This document shows, piece after piece, positions 9,823 to 19,039 of a stretch of 64,000 nucleotides of DNA. The translations under genes and the position numbers were made by a program. Below the pieces are notes generated by a model. The model saw only the letters and a list, made by a program, of their open reading frames with translations. It was not told the DNA's origin and ran no database searches. This stretch comes from an uncultured Fidelibacterota bacterium (lineage in GTDB: Bacteria; Fidelibacterota; Marinisomatia; Marinisomatales; UBA1611). The DNA lies in contig CACLYL010000002.1 in NCBI GenBank assembly GCA_902611135.1, positions 167 through 64,166 on the forward strand, read 5' to 3'. Position 1 is the stretch's first letter, and the number at the start of each line of letters is the position of its first letter.

Positions 9823-12171
9823 ATGAAAATTACTTTGAACCTTTTTTTAACAACTTTTGTGATTTTGAATGCTCAAAATTCTATTATTTCAGGATTTATT
9901 TCTGACTCCTCGTCTGGAGAGGCTTTAATAGGAGCTAATATATTTTTGCAAGAAACAGGGCAGGGAATGGCAACTGACATAAATGGATACTATATTATTC
10001 AAGATATAGTTCCAGGGAATTATACAATTGTGGTTTCTTATGTCGGTTATGATATGTTCAAGAAGCAAATAGCTCTTTCATCTGATGAGTCAAAAAAAAT
10101 AGACATTAGTCTTATTGAGCAAGTTGTAGAATTATCTGAAGTCGAGGTTACAGCAGAAAAACTTCAAAGACGAAATAATATTCAACCAAGCAAAATAAAT
10201 TTAAGCCCACGTATGATGAAAGCTGCACCAGCCTTAGCTGAGCCTGATCTATTTAGAACTATTCAAGCTCTTCCGGGTGTTTTGACAACATCTGAATATA
10301 GTACTGGATTAGTAATAAGAGGTGGGAACACAGATCAAAACCTGATAATGCTCGACGGTATTACTGTCTATAATCCCTCCCATTTAGGAGGAGTTTTTTC
10401 AAATTTTATTGTAGATGGTGTAAAGGAAGCGGAATTGATAAAAGGAGCCTATAATGCAGAGTATGGAGGTCGGCTGTCTGCTGTTTTAAATGTTATTAGT
10501 AGGGAGGGGAATGAAAATGAATTTAAGGGTAAAGTTAATTTATCTCTCTTGTCTGCTCAAACAACTCTTGAAGGTCCATTTTACAAAGGTGCATGGGTGC
10601 TTTCAGGCCGAAGAACCTATTTTGATCTTGTACTTCCAAAAGTATTGCCAGAAAATATAGCCACTAACATTCCTCCTTACTATTTCTATGATATTCAAAG
10701 CCATGTTTTTTCCGACATTACCCCTAAAGATAGAGTTTCATTAAGCTACTATTCTGGGATTGATGATATAATTTTTGATACATTTGGATTGGACGGCCGT
10801 TGGGGAAACAATACAATTAGTGGACATTACAGAAGAGTTTTTAATGAAAGATTAGTAGGTAATTTCTTGCTCGCAAATAGTCGTTTCTTTACCGAATTTG
10901 GGCTTGGAGGGGATTATGGATTGGTTAGTTTTAATGAAATTGATGATATTACTTTATCTGGTGACTTCTCATGGTTTAAATCTTCAAATTCAACCATAAA
11001 GTTTGGTTCGCAAATAAAGCGATTGGGATTTGAGTATACAAATAAATTTAACGACTCTACACAGTTTGAAATAAAAACAGATCCAATTGAATTTGCAAAT
11101 TACATCAAGTTAAAATATGAACCAAATGATCTAATAATTATTGAACCAGGGTTGAGATTAAACTTCTATAATGTGTATCCTGATTCTATATATCCCGATT
11201 TTAGATTGGGATTAAAGTATATTCTAAATGAGGATAGGTACTTAAATTTATCGGTTGGTAACTATCATCAATTTATCAGCACCTTTCAAGATGACTTTAA
11301 TCCACCAATACTCGATAACTGGATCGCTGCAGATACTTCAGTTAGTCCAGGAAAATCAATTCAATTTGTAATTGGTTATGAAGAGTATATAAGAAATACT
11401 TACAAAATCCAAATTGAAGGTTATTATAAGGATCTAAAAAATCTATTGACCTATGAAGAGACAAGATCAACAACAGATGCTGAAGTTTCAGATGAAAGTC
11501 TTTCAGATATCCTTACGCCCGCTAATGGGTATGCATATGGATTAGAATTATTTGGACAGAAAATGACAGGAAATTTAAGTGGATGGATAGCATATACTTA
11601 TTCTGTATCAAGGAAAATAATGAATAGTATCTATGATGTAGGTGAGAATGAATACTATACAAATTGGGATAGGACTCATGCATTAAGTGTTCTAGGGAAT
11701 TATCAAATAAACAAAAAGTGGGAAACCAATTGGCGTTTTTCCTTGCAATCTGGACAAGCATATACGCCCATAATTGGTTACTACGTGCAAAAGTTTCCTG
11801 AAAGTCCTGAAGAGGTTTTTCGAACTATTCCTGGAACCAGAAACTCAGGTAGATATGAGCCTTATAGTCGACTAGATATTGGTGCTGTATATCATGCTAA
11901 AATAGGAAAAACAAACGTAGATTTCTTTTTTCAAATTATTAACACCTTGAATAGAAGTAATACATTCAGGAAAATATATTCGCTAGGAAATCCTTATAAT
12001 GGTTTGGATGATGATGACGATTGGGATAAGGAACTTCACGATTCAAATGGAAACGGGAAACCAGATCCTGGGGAAGTCAATGTTGATGAAAGCGATGAAG
12101 GAAAAATTAATGAGAGAAGTATTGGCCTATTTCCAATACTTCCAACTTTTGGTTTTACATGGGAGTTTTAA
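9823..12171 (+). CDS. TonB-dependent outer-membrane receptor with an N-terminal carboxypeptidase-regulatory-like domain
   Basis: 782 aa. ISGFISDSSSGEALIGANIFL ... GYYIIQDIVPGNYTIVVSYVGY indicates a CarboxypepD_reg domain. The plug has DGITVYNP, and the beta-barrel ends in a terminal aromatic (TWEF). Confidence 0.8.
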   Translation: MKITLNLFLTTFVILNAQNSIISGFISDSSSGEALIGANIFLQETGQGMATDINGYYIIQDIVPGNYTIVVSYVGYDMFKKQIALSSDESKKIDISLIEQVVELSEVEVTAEKLQRRNNIQPSKINLSPRMMKAAPALAEPDLFRTIQALPGVLTTSEYSTGLVIRGGNTDQNLIMLDGITVYNPSHLGGVFSNFIVDGVKEAELIKGAYNAEYGGRLSAVLNVISREGNENEFKGKVNLSLLSAQTTLEGPFYKGAWVLSGRRTYFDLVLPKVLPENIATNIPPYYFYDIQSHVFSDITPKDRVSLSYYSGIDDIIFDTFGLDGRWGNNTISGHYRRVFNERLVGNFLLANSRFFTEFGLGGDYGLVSFNEIDDITLSGDFSWFKSSNSTIKFGSQIKRLGFEYTNKFNDSTQFEIKTDPIEFANYIKLKYEPNDLIIIEPGLRLNFYNVYPDSIYPDFRLGLKYILNEDRYLNLSVGNYHQFISTFQDDFNPPILDNWIAADTSVSPGKSIQFVIGYEEYIRNTYKIQIEGYYKDLKNLLTYEETRSTTDAEVSDESLSDILTPANGYAYGLELFGQKMTGNLSGWIAYTYSVSRKIMNSIYDVGENEYYTNWDRTHALSVLGNYQINKKWETNWRFSLQSGQAYTPIIGYYVQKFPESPEEVFRTIPGTRNSGRYEPYSRLDIGAVYHAKIGKTNVDFFFQIINTLNRSNTFRKIYSLGNPYNGLDDDDDWDKELHDSNGNGKPDPGEVNVDESDEGKINERSIGLFPILPTFGFTWEF

Positions 12172-12173
12172 AA

Positions 12174-13316
12174 ATGAAACAAAAATTAAGTAGTTTATTT
12201 TTATTTTTTAGTTTAATGTTTTTTTCTTGCGAATTTAATGATCAAAAAATTGAGTACCAGGAGAAATTAGTTGTTTTTGGGTCAATAGTTGCTAATTTGC
12301 CCATAACCGATACAGTCACTGTCTCAAAGTCTGCATCAATTTCTGAAGATATTCTTGCTCAAGATTTGTGGATAAATGATGCAGAGGTTTTTATGGTCAA
12401 TGATTCAACTAAAGATACATTGCTTTTTAAAAATGTTGATTATGGAAAGTATTTTCCAATTGACGAACAATCCAACATTGATGAAATAACGAAATATGCA
12501 AGCTATATAATTGATCCAGGTGCAACTTACTCTTTGGTGGTAAATCATGACATTGGTTCTGTGATAGCAACAACTACGGTTCCAAATGAAATGAACATTT
12601 CATCTGCAGATTTGGGTGATTACAACTGCCCAGATGGACAAGTGTTAGCTACAAAAAATATTGATGTAAATAACTTTGAAAATCTATCATTTGAAGAGAT
12701 GATTGAATTTTATCAAGATCCCAATCAATATGTAATTCAAAATAACATCAATGTTGACTCAGTAACTTATAGATTTGGTGATTGTTTCACGAGAAGTTTT
12801 GCAAGTTACCCAATGTTTGGAGTTGATTTTGAAGCAGATGTGCATCAGACTGTAAAAATTATATCTTTTGCATTAGAGGCAAATAAGAAAGGATTAGAAC
12901 CTTTGGATTCATTAAGTAGCACAATATCTGCTGAAGGGGATCCCTTTTTTGATTTCAATTATAATAAAGTTAGAGATAGTGTTTTTGTTAATCTAATCTA
13001 TGATACAACATTAGGTTTTAGAATATGGAAAGGACAATATCTTCGCGATGAAAATAGTAATCCATATAGGATTAACCCATGGCAATGGAACATTGAAACA
13101 GCTCCCTCTCCTATGATGTGGTTATACTTTGATTATTATGGTCTACATTTAGTCTCATTTATGTCAACCAGCGAATCCTATTTTAATTATTTTAGTGGTG
13201 ATCCAGTGGGGCAAAACATTTACTTGCTTCCAAACTCAAATATTGAAGGAGGATTAGGTGTATTATATAGCTCATTCACATCATCTTTTTTAGTTTATAT
13301 TAAAAAAGATGAATAA
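12174..13316 (+). CDS. Lipoprotein partner of the TonB receptor, DUF4249-like
   Basis: ATG 12174 gives MKQKLSSLFLFFSLMFFSC, a lipobox Cys. It lies immediately downstream of a CarboxypepD_reg-type receptor, an arrangement typical of DUF4249 proteins in Bacteroidota. The family call is from context and recall. Confidence 0.4.
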   Translation: MKQKLSSLFLFFSLMFFSCEFNDQKIEYQEKLVVFGSIVANLPITDTVTVSKSASISEDILAQDLWINDAEVFMVNDSTKDTLLFKNVDYGKYFPIDEQSNIDEITKYASYIIDPGATYSLVVNHDIGSVIATTTVPNEMNISSADLGDYNCPDGQVLATKNIDVNNFENLSFEEMIEFYQDPNQYVIQNNINVDSVTYRFGDCFTRSFASYPMFGVDFEADVHQTVKIISFALEANKKGLEPLDSLSSTISAEGDPFFDFNYNKVRDSVFVNLIYDTTLGFRIWKGQYLRDENSNPYRINPWQWNIETAPSPMMWLYFDYYGLHLVSFMSTSESYFNYFSGDPVGQNIYLLPNSNIEGGLGVLYSSFTSSFLVYIKKDE

Positions 13317-13322
13317 AAGTAT

Positions 13323-13745
13323 CTAGATTTCCCAAAAATGAACTAATAGGCCACCATAATAGCCTGTTATCATTACACTAACAAATAGTATAGTTAAAAA
13401 AGCAAATAACAGAGTTTGCGCGCCCTGGTTACTCTTTTTGCTTAATGTAATAAAGATCCAGATTATGCAAATCATTAGAGTACCCCAGGTGGTAATGTTT
13501 GCAAAAATTTCATGAATTTCAAGACTCATTTGAGCTTCAATACATAAATCATTTATTTTATTTTTCATTGATTGACCAGATATTACTGTAGGAATTGTTG
13601 AAACTGCTGCAGGGATTAATGTCCATAAAGTTAAATTATCAGGAACTTTTTTAGGAATCAAAATAGTGAATAATTGGAAAACAAAAGATAAAACGATAAA
13701 GGCAATTGGGAAATGAACTAACGCAGGATGAAGTTCTAAAACCAT
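13323..13745 (-). CDS. DUF2231-like integral membrane protein
   Basis: 140 aa with four predicted TM helices. The N-terminal LHPALVHFPIAF is characteristic of DUF2231. Confidence 0.5.
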   Translation of the reverse strand: MVLELHPALVHFPIAFIVLSFVFQLFTILIPKKVPDNLTLWTLIPAAVSTIPTVISGQSMKNKINDLCIEAQMSLEIHEIFANITTWGTLMICIIWIFITLSKKSNQGAQTLLFAFLTILFVSVMITGYYGGLLVHFWEI

Positions 13746-13794
13746 AATCTACTTTGGGTTAGTTAAAAAATCTAAGAACATATTAGATTTACAG

Positions 13795-13866
13795 TAGCCC
13801 GTAGGAGAATCGAACTCCTGTTGCCAGGATGAAAACCTGGAGTCCTAACCACTAGACGAACGAGCC
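13795..13866 (-). tRNA. tRNA-Glu(UUC): tRNA-Glu (anticodon UUC)
   Basis: The reverse complement GGCTCGTTCGTCTAGTGGTTAGGACTCCAGGTTTTCATCCTGGCAACAGGAGTTCGATTCTCCTACGGGCTA folds as a cloverleaf. It has a 7-bp acceptor stem, anticodon stem CCAGG/CCTGG, loop TTTTCAT (anticodon TTC) and a GTTCGATTC T-loop. CCA is not encoded. Confidence 0.9.
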
Positions 13867-13949
13867 AAAATTACTATTTAAACAAAACTAGTTACCTCAG
13901 GAATTTATATTTTTTAAAACTTTAACTTCAAACATTTTTTTATTAATTT

Positions 13950-14264
13950 TTAAGAAGTAGCTTTATCTAAAATATTTAGCAATTCTCCTTTCTGATGTAA
14001 TTCTATAGTGATATCAGCACCTCCAATTAATTCCCCTTTCACAAACAATTGTGGTATGGTTGGCCAGTTAGAATATTCACTTAAAGCTATTCTGATATTA
14101 GGGTTTTCCAAAACATTAATATCTTTATAATCTATACCATAATGATTTAATATTTGGACTACAGAATTTGAAAAACCGCACTGTGGCATATTCTTTGTCC
14201 CTTTCATATATAAAATAATTGCATTTGACTTAATATCATTGATTATTTTTTCTTTTAATTCCAT
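13950..14264 (-). CDS. grxD: Monothiol glutaredoxin (Grx4/GrxD family)
   Basis: 104 aa with the CGFS active site (MPQCGFSNSVVQIL) and WPTIPQLFVKGELIGG. Confidence 0.85.
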   Translation of the reverse strand: MELKEKIINDIKSNAIILYMKGTKNMPQCGFSNSVVQILNHYGIDYKDINVLENPNIRIALSEYSNWPTIPQLFVKGELIGGADITIELHQKGELLNILDKATS

Positions 14265-14272
14265 ATTTTCTC

Positions 14273-14743
14273 CTATAAAGATCTTATTATATAGCCTACT
14301 TGATTACAAGCTGTACATTGATATCGCTTTATTTTAAGCCTAAAAATATATGCAAAAATTTTTATTATTTTCCTTCTCTTTATTCTATGAATTCTGCTAT
14401 TACAATCAACGCAAACTTCATAAATTGAATATTGACTTAAAAGATTTTGTCTCCATTTGAGTAAAATTAAAAATATTGCAAATACTATTAAACCTAATCC
14501 AAATAAATCTGAATTTTCTACGCCGTATAATAACGTTGTGAGAGTTACATAAAACGTAAGAAAAAGTTTAATTAGAAAGTCATAGATTTGAATATATGCA
14601 TTTAAAATTGAATTTTTTATGCTGAAATCTTCAATTATTAAAAATATTCCAATAACAATCAAGGAAAAGATAAGAACTTCAAAATTATACTTTCTCCAAA
14701 ATTTACCTTTTTTTGATTTTCTATTACTTTTTCTATTTTTCAT
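14273..14743 (-). CDS. Hypothetical membrane protein with a C-terminal CxxC...CxxC zinc-ribbon
   Basis: 156 aa with a basic N-terminus and 3-4 TM helices, followed by CVDCN ... CTACN. It lies directly upstream of grxD and is co-oriented with it. Confidence 0.5.
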   Translation of the reverse strand: MKNRKSNRKSKKGKFWRKYNFEVLIFSLIVIGIFLIIEDFSIKNSILNAYIQIYDFLIKLFLTFYVTLTTLLYGVENSDLFGLGLIVFAIFLILLKWRQNLLSQYSIYEVCVDCNSRIHRIKRRKIIKIFAYIFRLKIKRYQCTACNQVGYIIRSL

Positions 14744-14810
14744 CTCTATCTTATATGTAATTTATAAATATTATTTTTTTATTAAAACTCATCAAAGTAA
14801 TTTCTTTAAA

Positions 14811-15575
14811 ATGAAAATAATTTCTTGGAATGTTAATGGAATTAGAGCTGCTGTAAAAAAAGGTTTTTTAGAGTGGTTTAAAATCGAAAATCCAGACATA
14901 CTTTGCATCCAGGAATCTAAAGCCAATGAGGATCAACTAAGTTCCGAGATATTAGAAAGTCATGGTTATTTTAATTATTGGCATTCAGGAATAAAAAAAG
15001 GTTACAGTGGGGTGGCAACTTTTTCAAAAGAAGAGCCATTATATGTTCAAAAAGGTCTTGGTCTTGAAAAGTTTGATAAAGAGGGAAGAGTTTTAATTTC
15101 TGAACATGAAAACTTTTTATTATATAATATATATTTCCCGAATGGCCAAAAAGATGATGTTAGATTAAACTATAAATTAGATTTTTATGATACCTTATTA
15201 CCTATTATAAATGAACAAGTTGAATCAGGGAATAATGTCATTGTAACAGGAGATTGGAATACAGCTCACAAGCCTATCGATCTAGCAAGACCAGCACAAA
15301 ATAAAAAAACATCTGGATTTATGCCTGTAGAACGTGAAAAAATTGATCAATATATTAAAAGTGGTTGGGTGGATACATTTCGATTATTTCATAACGAAGC
15401 GGAAAGATATTCATGGTGGAGTTACCGCTCAGGTGCCAGACCTAGAAATATTGGTTGGAGGATTGATTATTTTTTTATAAATCAAGATTTAGTAAACAAT
15501 TGTATTGATGCAGATATTCATGATGAGGTGATGGGGTCAGACCATTGTCCAGTATCTCTAGAACTAGACTTTTAG
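14811..15575 (+). CDS. xth: Exodeoxyribonuclease III (AP endonuclease)
   Basis: Internal ATG 14811 gives MKIISWNVNGIRAA, the canonical N-terminus. Also present are QESK, NGQKD, TGDWNTAH and GSDHCPV. The upstream 64 aa of the tracked ORF overlap the opposite-strand gene and look spurious. Confidence 0.85.
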   Translation: MKIISWNVNGIRAAVKKGFLEWFKIENPDILCIQESKANEDQLSSEILESHGYFNYWHSGIKKGYSGVATFSKEEPLYVQKGLGLEKFDKEGRVLISEHENFLLYNIYFPNGQKDDVRLNYKLDFYDTLLPIINEQVESGNNVIVTGDWNTAHKPIDLARPAQNKKTSGFMPVEREKIDQYIKSGWVDTFRLFHNEAERYSWWSYRSGARPRNIGWRIDYFFINQDLVNNCIDADIHDEVMGSDHCPVSLELDF

Positions 15576-16718
15576 TTATATCATTAAATCGATGGCTATA
15601 GCATCAGCAAACAAGAAACCACTTTGATTTAGTTTGATAAAACTTTTGTCAACAATTATAGCTGCTTCCCATTTTTATAGTACACTTTTTAGATTCTTTC
15701 TAAATTTTCGAGAATATACTTTTGGAATTCTATCAATTGAAATACCAGACGTAGTTCTAAGTCCAATACCAATAACTTCATTTGTTCTTTTTTTTTTTAT
15801 TTATGGTTTCTAAAAAATGTATTGGTGATTTATGCGATTTTAACTTTTTTATGTATGAATCTATGGAATTTATATTTTGCCATCTTTTTGTTCCATCATA
15901 AATGTATGCAGATAGACCATAACCAACATAAGGTAGAATTTTCCAATAATTAAGATTATGCTGGCATTCATATCCTTTTTTTGAAAAGCTAGATATTTCA
16001 TAAGGAATATAGTTGTTGTTTTTTAGCATATTATGAGCATATGAAAACCATTTACTTTTCTGTTCATCAGGAGGCATGGTTATCTTCTTCTCCTTTATTA
16101 ACTTAAAAAGTTGAGTCCCTTTTTCTGAGGTCAGAGAATAGGCTGAAATATGGTCAGGTTTTAACTTAATAATTTCTTTTAAATCTCTAGACCATCTATT
16201 CCAACTTTGATTTGGAATAGAATACAGTAAATCGAAGTTGATACTTTTAAACCTAATATTTCATGCATTTTGAAAGGTATTAAATACTTCATTGGGACTA
16301 TATGTCCTCGCTAGGAACCTTAAAGTGTCTGGGTTCAATGATTAAACGCCAATTGATAAATGGTTTATTCCAAGTTTTAAGAAATTTTTTAACTTTTTTT
16401 GTGAAGCTTCACCAGAATTAGCTTAAATGGCAAATTCTTTTACATTATTTAATTTATGTTTTTTATGGAGCGCATTGACTATCAAGTCAATATAATTGCT
16501 TTTTAGTAGGCTAGGTGTACCACCACCGATAAAAATGGTTTCTATTTCTAAATACTGTGTTTCAACTTGGCATCGCTCAATTTCTAAAATCAGTGCTTTA
16601 ACAAATTCTGTGATTAAAGTTTCCTTGTGGCTGGTTGAGTAAAAATCACAATACATACATTTAAATTCACAAAAGGGAATGTGAATATATAATCCCGCAA
16701 TCTTTTTTATTTTTTCAT
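15576..16718 (-). pseudogene. hemW: hemW/hemN-like radical-SAM (coproporphyrinogen-III-oxidase-like) pseudogene
   Basis: Family-typical sequence runs along the whole interval: LYIHIPFCEFKCMYCDFYS ... IFIGGGTPSLL ... DLLYSIPNQS ... ECQHNLNYW ... GIGLRT.

It is broken at several points:
- In-frame TAA at 16423-16425.
- In-frame TAA at 16342-16344.
- In-frame TGA at 16261-16263.
- A frame change in the T11/A11 run at 15788-15798.
- A further in-frame TAA at 15675-15677.
- The only ATG (16716-16718) is out of frame with the radical-SAM motif unless one A is added in the A6 run at 16710-15. Confidence 0.7.
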
Positions 16719-16775
16719 TCGATATTAAATTATTTTTTTAGTGATTTATCTTATTGGACTTGCCAAATTTATATC

Positions 16776-17198
16776 ATGAAAATAGACATTAATATGGTAA
16801 CTACTAGTAAAGATTATAAATTATGTCTTGAAATTCGAAGAAAAGTATTTGTTCAAGAACAAAACATAGATGAAAATCTTGAAAATGATGATCATATTAT
16901 TGATGCTAGTTATATAATTGCATTTAATGAATTATTCCCTGTTGGGACTGCTAGGTATAGAAAAACCAATCTTGGAATTAAACTTGAAAGATTTGCTGTT
17001 TTAAAAGAATACCGATATTTAGGAGTTGGTAAATCGCTGCTAAAATATTTATTAAATAAATTAAGCAAAGAAAAAAAAATCTATCTTAATTCTCAAAAGA
17101 AAGTAGTTAATTTTTATGAAAAATCTGGCTTCAAAAAATTTGGTGAAATTTTTTATGAGGCAGGAGCTCCGCACTATAAGATGATATACATCAAATAA
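16776..17198 (+). CDS. GNAT-family N-acetyltransferase
   Basis: 140 aa. The acetyl-CoA binding pattern is LERFAVLKEYRYLGVGKSLLKYLL, with FYEKSGFKKFG at the C-terminus. Confidence 0.7.
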   Translation: MKIDINMVTTSKDYKLCLEIRRKVFVQEQNIDENLENDDHIIDASYIIAFNELFPVGTARYRKTNLGIKLERFAVLKEYRYLGVGKSLLKYLLNKLSKEKKIYLNSQKKVVNFYEKSGFKKFGEIFYEAGAPHYKMIYIK

Positions 17199-17207
17199 AT
17201 AATTTAA

Positions 17208-19037
17208 ATGCCAACTAAAATATATAAAAAAATAATCAGGTTAATTTCGCCTTATTGGTTAATACTAATCTTATCATCAATAGCAGCAATATTGTATGTT
17301 TTATTCAATAGCCTTTCCATATGGTTAACAGCTTCATTAATAAATAATATAATAATGGATTTTGATAAATTACTCATAACACATAAGGAATTGGTTGGGA
17401 CTAAAATGGACCTTAATGCTCAATTAAAGTTTTGGACAAATCAATTTATCTTACGGGACACACCGAAAGGGACCTTAAAAATACTATGTTTATCAATCCT
17501 TTTTGTTTTTATAGTTAAAAATATTTTCCTTTACTTTAAGAATATGGGGTTGACCTTTATTCAATTTAGATTAATTACTAAGATAAGAAATGATATTTAT
17601 GATCATTTCCATAAACTTACTTTGTCTTTCTTTGATCAGAAAAAAAGTGGTGAGCTAACATCAATTATGGTAAATGATGTAGCGAATATGAGAGTCGCCT
17701 TAGGTGCAAGCTTTCATAAATTGTTTGTTGAGCCAATTAATATAATAGTACTTATTACTATTTTATTTATTATAAATATAAAATTGGCACTTTATGCAGT
17801 TGCCATTATTCCATTTACATCTTTAATAATAATCTGGATAGGTAAAAGCATAAAAAGGAAATCAAGTAGAACGGCAAAAAAGATTGCAAGAATAATGAGC
17901 ATTATCACTGAAAATCTTAATTCAGTCAAAATTGTTAAGGCATTTGGGACTGAAGATTACGAAAAAAGGCGTTTCTTAAATGAACAAAGTAACTATTATA
18001 AGCTAATATTTAACAGAGCAAGGCTTAGATTAATTACAACACCAATTACTGAAATAATCGGAGCTTCAATTGGAGTTCTATTATTATGGATTGGAGGAAG
18101 AGATGTATTAGTATTAAAAGTAATGAGTTCTGAAGATTTCATTCGATTCATTCTTATTTTATTTAGTATTCTAGGTCCAATAAGGCTTTTAGGTAATGTA
18201 TCTGTAAATCTTCAGGCAGGGATAGCATCTGCTGAAAGGGTATTTGATATTTTAGCAACTAAACCACAGATTGTGGAAAGTAAAAATCCAATAAAAATTG
18301 AGAAAATAGATTCAAAAATAGAGTTTAAAAATGTTTCTTTTACTTATCATGAGGGTCCTCAAATATTATCAAATGTCTCTTTTTCAATTAAAAAGGGTGA
18401 TCTTGTTGCAATTGTTGGACCTAGCGGAGCAGGTAAATCTACTATTGCAGATTTAATTCCAAGATTTTATGAAATTGATGAAGGTTCCATAAAAATTGAT
18501 GGCTTTGATATTAAAGATTTATCTATGAACTCTTTGAGAAAGTTGATGGGGATTGTTAATCAAGACGTTAATCTATTTGATAATACAATTGAGTTTAATG
18601 TATCCTATGGAACGGTAAATTACACTCAAAATGATTTGATTAAAGCTACAAAAGCAGCAAATGCCTATGATTTCATAATGAAAAAAAATGATGGATTTCA
18701 AACAATTGTTGGTGAAAAAGGGGTGAAATTATCTGGTGGTCAAAAGCAACGAATCGCAATTGCCCGAGCAATTTTACGCAACCCGTCACTGTTATTGTTA
18801 GATGAAGCAACCTCAGCATTGGACTCAGAATCTGAAGCTAAAGTCCAACATGCCCTTAAAAATTTAATGATGAATAGAACTACTCTGGTTATTGCTCATA
18901 GGTTATCAACGATAAAAAAAGCAAATGAAATAATTGTCCTTGATAAAGGTGAGATTATTGAAACGGGTACACATGAACACTTAATTAATAAAAATGGAGC
19001 CTATAAAAAGTTTTATAATAATTTCATAAATAATTAA
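17208..19037 (+). CDS. ABC transporter, fused permease/ATPase (MsbA-like lipid/polymer exporter)
   Basis: 609 aa with a six-TM N-terminal half. Motifs are Walker A GPSGAGKST, signature LSGGQKQR, Walker B LLLLDEATSALD and H-loop IAHRLST. Confidence 0.85.
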   Translation: MPTKIYKKIIRLISPYWLILILSSIAAILYVLFNSLSIWLTASLINNIIMDFDKLLITHKELVGTKMDLNAQLKFWTNQFILRDTPKGTLKILCLSILFVFIVKNIFLYFKNMGLTFIQFRLITKIRNDIYDHFHKLTLSFFDQKKSGELTSIMVNDVANMRVALGASFHKLFVEPINIIVLITILFIINIKLALYAVAIIPFTSLIIIWIGKSIKRKSSRTAKKIARIMSIITENLNSVKIVKAFGTEDYEKRRFLNEQSNYYKLIFNRARLRLITTPITEIIGASIGVLLLWIGGRDVLVLKVMSSEDFIRFILILFSILGPIRLLGNVSVNLQAGIASAERVFDILATKPQIVESKNPIKIEKIDSKIEFKNVSFTYHEGPQILSNVSFSIKKGDLVAIVGPSGAGKSTIADLIPRFYEIDEGSIKIDGFDIKDLSMNSLRKLMGIVNQDVNLFDNTIEFNVSYGTVNYTQNDLIKATKAANAYDFIMKKNDGFQTIVGEKGVKLSGGQKQRIAIARAILRNPSLLLLDEATSALDSESEAKVQHALKNLMMNRTTLVIAHRLSTIKKANEIIVLDKGEIIETGTHEHLINKNGAYKKFYNNFINN

Positions 19038-19039
19038 AT

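Noticed and set aside
13795-13866. tRNA genes (tRNA-Glu here, tRNA-Val at 44436-44509) as integration sites of a genomic island
   Set aside because: I found no integrase or recombinase gene, no direct repeat of a tRNA 3' end, and no obvious compositional shift next to either tRNA.
14619-14810. N-terminal extensions of tracked ORFs (xth 14619, OMF 3044, marR 2671, lipB 35592, yhhQ 32977, dehydratase 45004, nucleosidase-like 58855, 62465, 32102, 12159)
   Set aside because: In each case an internal ATG just after the upstream stop gives the family-typical N-terminus or signal peptide. The extension overlaps a neighbouring gene or, for 45004, a terminator hairpin.
15576-16718. Stop-codon reassignment (TAA/TGA read as sense) as an explanation for the in-frame stops in the hemW-like gene
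   Set aside because: About 60 other ORFs in the window are long and uninterrupted and terminate normally at TAA/TGA/TAG. The same gene also has frame changes and altered conserved residues. Pseudogenisation is the simpler explanation.
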